Program-made: the position numbers and the translations under genes
Assembly: GCF_001194135.2 (NCBI RefSeq)
Contig: NC_068994.1
Coordinates: 22,869,812-22,933,811, forward strand
Length of the DNA: 64,000 bases
Source of the DNA: Octopus bimaculoides
Lineage: Eukaryota
Direction of reading: 5' to 3'
Notes under the pieces: generated by a model
Told to the model about the DNA's origin: nothing
Database searches by the model: none
The model's input: only the letters and a program-made list of their open reading frames with translations
Part shown: positions 52,201 through 63,544 of the stretch, in pieces
How the letters are laid out: the number at the start of each line of letters is the position of its first letter
Position numbering within the stretch: the stretch's first letter is position 1

Positions 52201-52884
52201 ACACAGGAATAGTGGGCAGAGAAAATAGAATGATATATGTGTAAACCTACATAGTAGACATACAATGACCAAAAAAATGAGCTACCTTAATTGATTTTCG
52301 ACTCTTAATGGTGTTCCATCAAGTGTCTACACCACTTGACCAATCTCACAGAAGCAAGTAGCTAATCTGTTTATATACATACCAAGTCTAGTCACTTCAG
52401 AGAACTACACATTTGCAAACACACACATATATATCTATATACGTACACATCTCTATATAATATATATTTGTGTGTATGTAATTTTTTGGACTAATAGGCA
52501 TTTGTCAATTGACAATAAAGACAAATACCAAATCCATCTTCTGTGTCATTAATTGATTATAATGTTTGTTTTTATGTTCAGTTTTAATAAATTAGGACTC
52601 AGATGTTCAGTAAACTGAATTAATTGCTCTTAAGCAACCAAGAAGCTGAGCATTACACAAATACCTGTACCCTTAAATACAATTCTCTAACAGATAGTGA
52701 CATAGTGTCTGACAAAACTATACCTTTGAATTATAGGTACAATCCATATGATGGGCTCCTATGCTGTTTGTCTACCTACCTGATTTCAACATGAAGTGTA
52801 GGTCAAACTAAAGGTCTAGAAAATGGCATTTGCTTATGATACCCTGCAGTGAAATTGAAGCTGTGAACACTTACACCATTTGGC

Positions 52885-53070
52885 ATGTATATTGATTTCA
52901 AATTTTGGCACAAGGCCTGCAATTTCAGGAGACAGTGTAAGTCAATCACATCAACCCCAGTTCTCACTTTTTATCAATCCCCAAAAAATGAAAGGCGAAG
53001 TTGACCATGACAGAATTTGAACTTAGAATGTGAAGATGTACAAAATACTGTTAAGCTTGTTGCCTTCTCA
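52885..53070 (-). mobile_element. SINE family B
   Basis: Reverse complement of ttctaagttcaaattctgtc...ggggttgatg...tgcaggccttgtgcc. Confidence 0.78.
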
Positions 53071-53152
53071 GCAAATATATTAACAATACACCCATATATT
53101 TATATGTTAATAAATAATGACAAAAAGACATGAGTTATGTAATCATTTTCAT

Positions 53153-53220
53153 TAGCTTACAGCTGCTTCTGCTATAAGTAACTGTTTTAGTGTGATAAAC
53201 ATTTAGCTTCTTCAGAGCCA
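53153..53220 (-). ncRNA. Minimal type-I hammerhead motif with core substitution
   Basis: UGGCU-CUGAAGA-A-GCUA(long loop)UAGC-A-GAAGC-AGCU-GUA|AGCUA. Stem I is 5 bp (1 GU), and A15.1 is replaced by G. Confidence 0.65.
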
Positions 53221-53499
53221 TTTATGACCATGAACAACCACAAGGCCTAATTAATGATACTCCTTCTAATAATCAATCTCTAAACATCCAGGCAATGGTT
53301 TCTTAAGCAAACACCTCTGCAGGTGATAAGTATTGGAGATGTTAAGAATAGTAATGAGCCTAAAACATACAATTTCAAAAATATCAATGATTGCCTGTAA
53401 AATGGCTATTGTCTTGCTCGAAACATAGTATATAGATGTAGAGCATGTATATAATATGAATGCTCTAGGGAACACATTGGATCTACAGTAAACATTTAT

Positions 53500-53830
53500 C
53501 TTTTTATCTTTTACTTGTTTCAGTCACTAGACAGTGACCATGTTTGGACATTGTCTTGAAAGGTTTTAGTCAAACAAATCAACCCCAGGACTTGCCAAAC
53601 TGATAGGTCATAGGGATGTAAACACACCAATACTAGCTGTCAAGCAGCAGCAGGGTCAAACACAGACACACACAATGGGTTACTTTCAGTTTCTGTTTAT
53701 CAAATCCACTCACAAGGCTTTGGTCAGCTCAAAGCTATTCTAGAAGACACTAGTCCAAGGTGCCATGCAGTGGAACTGAACCCAGAACCATGTGGTTGGG
53801 AAGCAAACTTCTTACCACACAGCCTGCACC
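53500..53830 (-). mobile_element. SINE family A
   Basis: Homology to family A. Confidence 0.88.
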
Positions 53831-54513
53831 AATACATAAAAGTTTTTTCAAGCAACTGTGCAATCTTTTAAAAATCCAAAGTTGGTGTACTCAACTTTAC
53901 TAGTTGAATACATGTTGCAACTGAAAAATTCAAACATTGAGTATGGCTTGTAGTGGAACACTAAAATTTGCAATTCTGTACATAGCAGAACAGAGGCCAT
54001 GCTGATTATCCACAAGCAATAGAAATTTTACTCTCCAATACATAACTTCTAACTAAATGAAACAAGGTGATCATCAAGTACAACCACAATATTCTTTATA
54101 CTTTTAAATTCAATTTAAAAAGAAAATATGAGAACTAACTTAATCACATCTCATAATAGACAATTCAGATACAAGGCTTGATTCCATCCCTGTTTCAACA
54201 AGTTTAGTGCCGTCGTGTTCTTAAAAAGCTTCCATTTTTGTTACATCATTCAAATTTTTTTACTTTACTTTATTTCATTTTAGTGTATAATTTATATAAA
54301 TATGCATTACTTCTAACATTTGATAGGTCTGTTTAAATATCCTTATAACTTATAATATGTTGTTTCAGTTAGCTATCATCTGATCTATGTCTATATATAT
54401 ACAGAGAGAGAGAGAGATGTATATATAATTTAAAATATATGCACTTCCTTGCTCTTATCTATACAATTTGTATGTTAAATATGAGTCTGTCTACATACAC
54501 AAGGTGCATATAA

Positions 54514-54514
<1 letters not shown>

Positions 54515-54569
<55 letters not shown>
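54515..54569. repeat. (TA)n microsatellite
   Basis: Direct reading. Confidence 0.98.
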
Positions 54570-54571
<2 letters not shown>

Positions 54572-54582
54572 ATATACATAAA

Positions 54583-55361
54583 TGTCCATGTTCTTTTGCC
54601 ACATCATGTACCCAGTTATGTATCTATATGTACATGTAGATGAAGGTATGTACATACATGTACATATATATGCATATACTCATATATTGTTTGTATCACA
54701 ACAGAACGCACGTGTTAACCTTTATACAGTAAGTTTTAACTATTTTTCTAACGCGACTCTCTCTATCTCTATATCTATCTCTTGTTACTCGTCCTTCGCC
54801 TCTCACCGTTACAACTACTATCTCTCTCTCTCTCTTCCTCTCGTTGCTCACATTTATTCTACTTCCTCTCCTTCTTTTCCCTCTGCTACTCTTACTCTCT
54901 CTCTTTACACAGCCTTGGTCACGTGTGTCCGGCTGCTATTTCTTTTCGTTCTTGGACTCCCCAAGCTCGCACGTACTTCTTTGCCCCTCCTGTTCGTGCT
55001 TCACAGCATTCAATACATACACATTTCATGTCTGGCTGTACAGCCTTTTTGCTTGTTTGTTCATTCACCGTTTCGTTTTCCGTCTGCCACTACCCTCCAC
55101 GAAAATAATTTAATTTGTGTTCGTGGGAAGAACCATTTCAACGATGCGTACTGCCTTAATTCTTCGAAACGCCGGTGTTTTAATGGTGGCAGCTGATGAA
55201 GGAGATGTTTCTATGTGGCTTGCTTGTTTGTTGTACCTTGTTTAATCATTTTGTCCATGTTCTTTTGTCACGTCATGTACCCAGTTATGTATCTATATGT
55301 ACATGTAGATGAAGGTATGTATATACATGTACATATATATGCATATACTCATATATTGTTT
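54583..55361 (+). mobile_element. Non-coding 669-bp unit with 110-bp terminal direct repeat (retrozyme/solo-pLTR-like)
   Basis: 54583-54692 equals 55252-55361 at 107/110 positions. It has (TA)-rich sequence on both sides, retains CpGs, and contains the hammerhead at 55132-55205. Confidence 0.8.
55132..55205 (+). ncRNA. Candidate non-circularly permuted hammerhead ribozyme
   Basis: GCGU-A|CUGCC (55146-55155), UCUUC-GAA-ACGC (55161-55172) and GGCAG-CUGAUGA-A-GGAGA (55188-55205). All three stems pair in register with the core. Predicted cleavage is after 55150. Confidence 0.72.
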
Positions 55362-55384
55362 ATATATATATATATATATATATG

Positions 55385-55554
55385 TTCTTTTATATTTTTA
55401 TTTGTTTCAGTCATTTGACTGGGGCCATGCAGGTGCACCGCCTTTAGTAGAAAAAATCGACCCCAGGACTAATTCTTTGTAAGCCTAGTACTTATTCTAT
55501 CGGTCTCTCTTGCCGAATCGCTAAGTGACACACATGTTGGAGGGACAAACACAA

Positions 55555-55560
<6 letters not shown>
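55385..55560 (-). mobile_element. SINE family A, 3' part (young)
   Basis: tttgtttcagtcatttgactg...gcctagtacttattctatcggtctc, with CpGs retained. Confidence 0.9.
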
Positions 55561-55594
<34 letters not shown>

Positions 55595-56231
55595 CCCATA
55601 TGTTCTGTCCGATCTTACCTTTTTAAAAATTGAATGAAATTTAATGTTAAATGTCGTAAAAAATGCTTTGGTAAAAGGGAAAAAGCTCAACCACTACCAA
55701 GAAGGGAACTTCATGGGAAAAAAGTTCTTCTCTCAATTTGGTGGTATTGCAAAGGAGTAATTGACTTTGAATTCTTACCACCTAATTGAGAGAAGAAAAA
55801 AAGCTTTGAAGAAAAAAAGACCCGCTTTAGTGAATCAAAAAGGAGTAATATTTCATCAGGACAATGTGCAACCCCACACAGCAAAGATCACATCACAGAA
55901 AATCGAAGAGCTTGGTTGGGAAAAAATTCCTCATCCACCTTATTCTCCCGACTTTGCTCCTTCAGACTACCATTTGTTTCATAGTTTACAGAATCATTTG
56001 GGGGACATAACTTTCGCAAGCCAGGAGGAGGTTGAAACTGACATTTCAGAGTTCTTCGCTTTGAAACCAAAAGAGTTTTACATTGATGGGATTAAAAAAC
56101 TCGTAAATAGATGGAAGGAAGTCATAGATAATCAAGGAAAGTACATTGATGATTAAATTTCAATTAAATATAACATTTGATCACTTGTTTTCTTAATTCA
56201 AAATTCGGACAGAACTTATGGGTTGACCTGA
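55595..56231 (+). mobile_element. Internally deleted mariner with intact C-terminal frame
   Basis: FHQDNVQPH, PYSPDFAPSDYHLF, GIKKLVNRW. TIR cccata.gttctgtccga is present at both ends. Confidence 0.92.
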
Positions 56232-56559
56232 TATATTAATATNNNNNNNNNNNNNNNNNNNNNNNNNNNNNNNNNNNNNNNNNNNNNNNNNNNNNNNNNN
56301 NNNNNNNNNNNNNNNNNNNNNNNNNNNNNNNNNNNNNNNNNNNNNNNNNNNNNNNNNNNNNNNNNNNNNNNNNNNNNNNNNNNNNNNNNNNNNNNNNNAT
56401 ATATATTTATAACCCATGCTAGCATGGAAAGCGGACGTTAAACGATGATGATGATATAATATTAGGGAATGTAAAATTCCAAACATACAGGAATATTCAA
56501 TTTAGTAATACCAAATTGTATTTTATAATAAATAATATATGTATATAAATATAACTAAG

Positions 56560-57085
56560 AGAAGAACCATCTTACACCATCCACTGCAGTCATGTCTCTT
56601 CGCATCTCTATCTGTCACTGTCCTTCACTCTCAAAAACCTGTCCACACAGCCCTCTTCAACACTCCTGTTATCTTTTTATCCACTTTTTTGTCCCTTGGT
56701 GGTATGCCCTGACACTTTCATTGCCATTATCCTTTCTCCATTTCCCCCTGGGATAGCCATGTATTTTCTCTACAGCAAGATACCAGCTCCTACCACTCTA
56801 TTATAGTTTACTCTCTCTACACTTGACACAAAGCCACTTCCCACAATACTGCAACCTCCTCCATTTGATCAAGGGGGTCTTGTTTTCTGTCTCACAAGTG
56901 CTGGTACCATGAAAAATGTACCTGGTACACCCTGTGGTTGGCATTAGGAAAGACATTCACCAGTGAAAAACATGTCAAAGCAGACACTGGAGCTCAACGC
57001 AGTCTTCTGGCTCATCCTCTTCTGTTGAACTGTTTAACCCATGCCAGCATGAGTTAGACAGATGTTAAATAAGGATGATGGTGAT
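56560..57085 (+). mobile_element. RTE-type 3' UTR fragment
   Basis: Inverse homology to 59130-59720. Ends aacccatgccagcatg...gatgatggtgat. Confidence 0.7.
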
Positions 57086-57959
57086 TATACACACACACAT
57101 CCCCCACCACTGCTGGATAACTGGTGCTAATTTGTTAATGTCCAATAACTTAGTGGTTTGTCAAGAGTGACTGATAGAATAAGTATCAAACTTTAAAGAA
57201 ATAAATACTAGGCTGATTAGTTTGACTAAATCTTTCAAAAAGGTGCCTCAGCAGACCTACAGTCCAATGAAAACAAGTAAAAGATGATAATTATCATGAA
57301 CTCTCTCATTGTCAGACAATGTGAGTTCTGCAATTTCTTGCTGAACAACCACATAGTTGATTTGTTGACAGTGATCAAATGTTTGTAAGCACATAAGCTC
57401 CACTCCTTCCATCAAATCAACATTATCTATACAGGTGCATGATATGCCACACGTTAGATGATGAAATAATTGCAGAGCAACATGAAATAGTGTGTTTTGC
57501 TCAAGAACACAATGTGTGTGTGTGTGTGTATCTATCTATATATGACATCAAACGATGATGATGATATGCACACACATCATTTTAAACATCCATTTTTCAA
57601 TGCTTGTATGGGTCAACTGGAATTCATTGAAACAGACTTTCTACAGCTGGATGTCTTTCCTGTCACAAACTGTCGCTCTTTCCTAAATACAGTAATATTC
57701 CCACATGTATTGTGACATTCATTTACAACTATTGCAGAATGTCAAGACAAAGAGGCACACACACACATATATATACAATTTACACACACATATTTATATA
57801 TCATATATATTAATGTTTGTTTTTATGTTCAGTTATGATAAAAACAATTTTACATTAATCTGACGAATTACTCTATACTTTGGTGGAGTACAAATTTATT
57901 ATTTTTCGTATGTGTATTTCGTGTGCAAGATTCTTGATGTGGATACGTGTGTTGAAAGA

Positions 57960-58130
57960 AATACAATTAAACCTTGGGAGAGGCATTATGCCGGTAATAA
58001 ACACACGCACTGGTTCAGTCCTTTATTAATTTATATTAATTTAACAAAAAACTATATAAATTAATAAAGGACTGAACCAGTGCGTGTGTTTATTACCGGC
58101 ATAATGCCTCTCCCAAGGTTTAATTGTATT
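57960..58130. repeat. Perfect 77-bp inverted repeat with 17-bp spacer
   Basis: 57960-58036 is the exact reverse complement of 58054-58130. Confidence 0.97.
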
Positions 58131-58169
58131 AAATTTATTATTCTTATACAAGAATATTGTTGGCAATGA

Positions 58170-58510
58170 CTTGTGGTTTTCAACCAGGGTCCATATGGCC
58201 CCCGAGAGTCCATATACGATTTTTGGGGGTCCACATAGCAAAATAGTAAATTAAGGATTCACAATAGTATTTTAAGGGCCCCTGAAAAAAATTTTGCTTT
58301 TGATGTATTTATTGGAAGAAGCTGCTAGGCTTCTTTCTCTAACATTTTGCATTGTTCAACCTATTACAAGTTAATGTGTGTTAAACAAAATAGGAATTTT
58401 GAAAGAAATTTCTATAAAACTAGGTTTTAAACATCAAATGGTTATGGGGTCCCACAAGAATAAAATAGTAATGAAAAGGGTCCATAGAAAAAAATGATTG
58501 AGAACCCCTG
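58170..58510. mobile_element. hAT (Charlie-like) MITE
   Basis: gtggttttcaacc / gattgagaacccctg ends. Same family as 16422-16763. Confidence 0.85.
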
Positions 58511-58901
58511 CTGTAAACAAATGGGAGTAAATACACTGAGTTAGCTCACAGTGCCACTTAACCAGACTGTGGGACGCATGCATTTCAGAGTGTTTATCTC
58601 CGCTTCCGCCATAGAGACTGGAAAGGGAGATTCTGCAAGATGACACGAGAGATAGATCCCTCTTATGATATTCCTGTCATTGTTCAATGACTGGTTGCAC
58701 TATTCAATGGCTTGTCACACCATATTTAATTTATGGCGAGCTGCTGTATAATGCAACCAGTCATTGACTGATGATGGGAATATCATAAGATGGACCTGTC
58801 TCCTGTATCAGTTTGCAGTGCCTACCTTTCCAGTCTCTGTGGCTGAAGAGGAGATGGTGCTGTGAGCTGACTCGGTGTATTTACCACCCATTTGTCTAGA
58901 G
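58511..58901. mobile_element. Foldback element, almost entirely palindromic
   Basis: 58511-58699 pairs with 58752-58901. Perfect 14- and 15-bp cores, mostly transition mismatches, and one insertion of about 38 nt in the left arm. Confidence 0.88.
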
Positions 58902-59059
58902 AGAGAAATTTTCTCCATGACAAAATACAGTGAATGACTTTCTTATGGGATCGAATATGCCTCAAGCATATTTGAACTGGCAACATGTCTGTAATTATAC
59001 ACATCACTGCTTAGCACTGTCGCCTATGTGTGTGTGTGTATATAAAATCATCATCAGGA

Positions 59060-60190
59060 TCATTTACAGTCTGTTTTCCATACTGATGTGGATTGGGCAG
59101 TTAGATAGGATCTGGCAACTTTCAGGACTGCATTGAGCTCCAATGTCTGTTTTGGCATGGTTCCTAGAGCCAGATGCCCTTCTTAATACTAACTGCTTTA
59201 CAATCTGTACTGAGTGCTTTTTTTCATGTCACCAGCACAAGTAGGAGTCACAAAGTAACTTGCACAATAGCAAAAGAAAAAGAAAAAGCACTCTGGACTA
59301 AGTGGCAAGGGTGCATTTGAGAGGAGGAGGTGGAATTTTGCCAGGTGTCGAGAGGCAAAAGTACGAAAAAGGGATAAGCACAAGTGACTTGCTACAGAGG
59401 AAAAACATGGCTACCCTGCATTATATAAGGGTGGATGAGAGTAGCAGGGAAGAAGATAAAGATGGTAATGATGTGGTACCAGAGCGAACTCTTGAGGTAC
59501 AAGAAGTTGAACATGAGAGAGGACATAGACAGTGAATCAAAATCAGGGAAAGAGAGCAGGTAGAAGTGAATGTAGTAAGTGATAAACAAGGATGGAGCTG
59601 CAGTATGGATAGGAGGTAAGGTGAGAGAGAGATAACTCAGGAAGATAGATAAATCAGAAAGTATGGGGAAGATGTGCAAGGTGTAAGAATGGTGGGGAGG
59701 GAGATGTAAAGGTACATAAGGCTGGCCATAGGGAGTGGGGTTTGATGGTGGAAATAAGAGGGCGTTGGGAATGATAGCAGATATGAGAAGGTTAAGGATG
59801 AGGAGAGGAAGAGATAATTGTAGGCAAAGAAAAGTGGTCTGTGAAAATAGTATGGGAAGGGATGGACAGAAGAAGGTAACTGGTTATGTAAAAAATCATG
59901 GGGAGGGATGCAATATATGCTCTCAAGTGATTACAGCAACCGAGTAGTACCATAGATAGAACTGTGGTAGAGAGATAAGGTATGGGTAATGCTTGATAGG
60001 TCAGAATGGGTGTAGGGGTAGGGCCTAGCTCGTACAAGCAAACAAAATACTTTCAGGACCTCGTTTTTGCTGCAATGGAGGGGTCTTCTTGAGCACTGAA
60101 AATCGCCAATCACCTTTGTCATTTCCTCTGTGAGGTTCAGCATCTTCAGATCAGCCTTCACTACTTCATCACGTCTTTCTGGATTTCTCT
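59060..60190 (-). mobile_element. RTE LINE 3' end with long pyrimidine-rich 3' UTR
   Basis: DEVVKADLKMLNLTEEMTK at about 60110-60180. The UTR is homologous to 56560-57085. Confidence 0.7.
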
Positions 60191-60840
60191 CTCTCCCTAT
60201 ATAAATATATATATAAACACACACACACACACATTACACACACGCATACATACACACATATAATACATATATGTAAATACATACACTAAATACGTATATA
60301 TATTCATGTGTGTGTGTGTGTGATTGTATGTACATACAAATATAAATCTATACATGCATATTTATATATGCATACATGAATACACACACATCACATATGT
60401 GTATTCACGCACGTGTAAGTGTTGGTAAAGGGTAAAAATGTCCTATATATATGTACCTTAATATTATGTTGAATCAGTGTAAAACATTTGAGAATGATGA
60501 AATTCCCAAATAAAATGACAAAGTTGGAACATAACTAAATTATGATCATAGGATGCTGGAATAGTGTAATGCAACTAGCTAGTGTGGTAACGATATGAGG
60601 GTGGAGGCGGTTATTTCGGCCAGACCATTTTCCCATTTTCCATTTTGTAAAACAGGATGACCACTACATTGCTACATCAATGTAGAATTATATATGTACA
60701 TACGTACGTATGTATGTATATGAGTGAGAAGAGAGCACGTAAATAATAAAGTGTCATAAAGGGTTGGAATGTCCAGGTACATATAAAAATAACTTGGATG
60801 AAGGTAGTATTACCTTCGAGTTTAAACAATAGACATGTGG

Positions 60841-62400
60841 AAGAAAAGCGCGAGAAGCAAGAACAATGTCCACATAGATGGTTCTGGTCTCCTCTAGCTC
60901 TGCAGGAGGCCTAGACTGGTAAATGAAGCAAGTCAGGCTGGCAGCGACAAGAAAGAATGAAGAGTAAACGAATGGCGAGTGGAGGACAGATTGATGGGAG
61001 AAAGTAATGGACAGAAAGATGACGTGAGTCTCCTTAGGTAGATAAGTTTCTTATAGTAGATTGTCGCTAAAATGACTTGCTGGGGTGGAAGCTGGTTGAC
61101 GTACATATAAAAGAAAGGAAAATGTGGGAATAATAAGGAGAAATAAGGAATCACAATAAAAATTTAAATAATTAAAATATTCTATTTTAGAATATTTAAT
61201 GTATCGAAATAATAAACAAAAAGAAACGGAGAAAGTATGGAGGAAAAAAAAAAAGATTGATTTTCCACAATACAAAAGGAAACTGAAGCTTTATAGCTAG
61301 TATAGAAGATACGATGTCGAGGAAACAAGGGATACCCCATTTCACAATCTGAAACATTTTGCTTACCTTTCGCAGTCCCCTTTTTTTTAATCGTCCTTGC
61401 AACATTCTATAATTTACATTATAGCGATGTAATTCTCAGGCAGTAGATAGATAATATACAAAAACTTTTGCATAGATTATGAATGAAGTAAAAATGTGAG
61501 GAGTGATCGTGGTTAGAATAGGGAGCACAGGCTGAAGATAAACAGTGTCCGAAGCTGGTAATCAGTTGAGTGTTGGTATAAACACAGGGGCAGATAATAC
61601 AACAAATACAGCGCCTTGAGCGATTTAATTAACGATTCTTACTTCTGAACTTTAACGGAATATAATTTAGGAAATTTTTTAGAGTTGTAAATTTTAATGA
61701 AGTTATTTAGTTTTGATTTAGCTAAAATTGGGAAACTTTGAGGTGATTCTGACTATAACAACATGCTATATGGTTTTCTTGCAGACAACTTATATTTGCT
61801 ATCGGCCTCTACTACTGTAAACTTTGTCACTATATATAGACGGACTGAGCATACCATTTCCGACGGTGAAGACGTATATTGCATTCCCTTCTATCAATAA
61901 TATGTCGATTGAAGTAAATGATTGCAAAGATACTTGGAAAGAAATTTATAAACCGAATAAATTTATCAATAAGATATTTTAATATTCTGAAGTGGTCATG
62001 AAACGAAACCTTCAATTTTAGGGGTGGAGAAAAGAAACTCGAGACGTTCACACTTTCCTCCTGAAGGTATTTGCGATTAAACGAATTGAAGGGATTTCTG
62101 CTGAGAATTGAAACAGGGTTGTCATCTGGATTTGTCTAGAGGATGCATATTGCTACAAATTAGTTGTTTCTTCTACAAACAAAACAATTAGACACTTATA
62201 ACTACCATAAATATAGCGCCTACACAGATGGATATATTCGATGTAGCATTGGATCAACTGTCAGAAGAAAAGATTGGCAGGTCATGTCTGGAACATCTTT
62301 CAACCTAATTCTATTGGGTCAAGGCTGGCTTAGGGTTGCGTGACAATCTATATAACGCCTGAAATGTGTCGTAAATTTCATTGTCTAAAGAACTAAGGAA
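60841..62400. promoter_or_regulatory. CpG-retaining, TE-poor region; candidate unmethylated promoter/first-exon region
   Basis: About 38 CpG counted by eye in 1560 bp versus about 2 in 41001-42560. Strong donors are AAG|GTAAGC (minus, 61367/61366) and GAC|GTGAGT (plus, 61023/61024). Confidence 0.45.
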
Positions 62401-62789
62401 CTGGGATGGCTAACATTGGAAAACAAAACATTTAAAAGGGAAATTTATAGGAGAAAGGGTTAGAGTACTATATTTTTGCCTTTCTAAAGGACATTAGAAA
62501 TGTAAGAAAAATGAAATAAATGTATCACTTTGATGTTACTGAACATTTCAATTATATAATTTTTGACAAAGAAGTTATTTACCAATAACTTTTCTTTAAC
62601 TTCTATTAATGAGCAAATTTAATCATTTGTCTCTCATAATCTACTGTCTTACTTTGCCTCAGTAATTATCACTCCTGTCCTTAGAATGATCTAGTACCAC
62701 TCTACTAATCCCAATGTAATTGCAGCCATCTGATGCTATGGTTTCTAACGTGTAAATGTTGAGATGATTATGTCAATATAATCATCCCT

Positions 62790-62990
62790 ATCAGCATCAA
62801 ATCTTGTTCAGGCTTCACGGCCATGTCTTTATCAAATACATCTGGGAGCTTAAGGATACAAATGTTAATTACAGATTAAATAGGAAAACAACTACCAAGG
62901 CAAAATCCTATTCAGGTACCCATGATTTCTGCAGTTTATGCATCACTGAGACTTATACTATCTTTCCTACTGGGAACTCCCTTTTGATTT
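62790..62990 (+). mobile_element. Penelope-like C-terminal fragment
   Basis: KYIWELKDTNVNY...KAKSYSGTHDFCSLCITETYTI. Confidence 0.75.
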
Positions 62991-63121
62991 CTATTATTAA
63001 CTATTGTATTTCACCATATTTCAGTTCTTCTACCATTATCTCTCTTTAATTCTATCTCCCAGCATTTGTATTTATTGCTCAATCAAGCACAACTTGCTCA
63101 GTATATATGTATATGTGTGTG

Positions 63122-63159
<38 letters not shown>

Positions 63160-63164
63160 CATCA

Positions 63165-63527
63165 TTTTTCTTTTATTCATTTTAGTCATTGGACAGTGGC
63201 CATGAAGGAGCATTGCTTAGTAGGATTTTTAGTTGAACGAATTGGCACCAGTACTTTTTCTTTTTAAGCCTGGTACTTTTTTTATTGGTCTCTTTTACTG
63301 AACTGCTAAGTTATGTGGACATAAGCACACCAACACGAGTTGTCAAGTGGTGGTGGGGGACAAACATAGACATAAACACACACACCCATATATGATGAGC
63401 TTCTTTCACTTTCCATCTACCAGATTCACTCAAAGGACTTTGGTTGGCCCAAGGCTAAAGTTGAAGTCACTTACCCAAAGTGCCAGTTGTGGAACTGAAC
63501 CCGGAACCGTGTGGTTGAGAAGCAACT
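63165..63527 (-). mobile_element. SINE family A
   Basis: Homology to family A. Confidence 0.88.
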
Positions 63528-63544
63528 CTCAGATGATAGAAAAG

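Noticed and set aside
54582-55196. 204-aa ORF in the ribozyme element
   Set aside because: Low-complexity translation of (TA)/(CT)-rich sequence with no recognisable motif.
55161-55205. Reading the 55.1-kb motif as an ordinary type-II hammerhead (GAAAC-GCCGGU-GUU cleavage)
   Set aside because: Stem I would have to form from UUAAUGGUGGCAG, which gives at most 2 bp. The permuted reading gives 5 bp plus a better stem III.
57846-57903. CUGACGA followed by a UACUC/GAGUA stem
   Set aside because: Followed by CAAA rather than GAAA and lacks a convincing stem III. At most a decayed relic.
58661-58790. Standalone pre-miRNA hairpin
   Set aside because: It is the centre of a much longer foldback element whose mismatches look like neutral transitions. 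A miRNA call would need small-RNA data.
60786-60840. 7-bp hairpin GAAGGTA-gtat-TACCTTC preceded by GATGA
   Set aside because: Lacks CUGA and GAAA, and no CTRR end follows. It supports neither a hammerhead nor a Helitron terminus.
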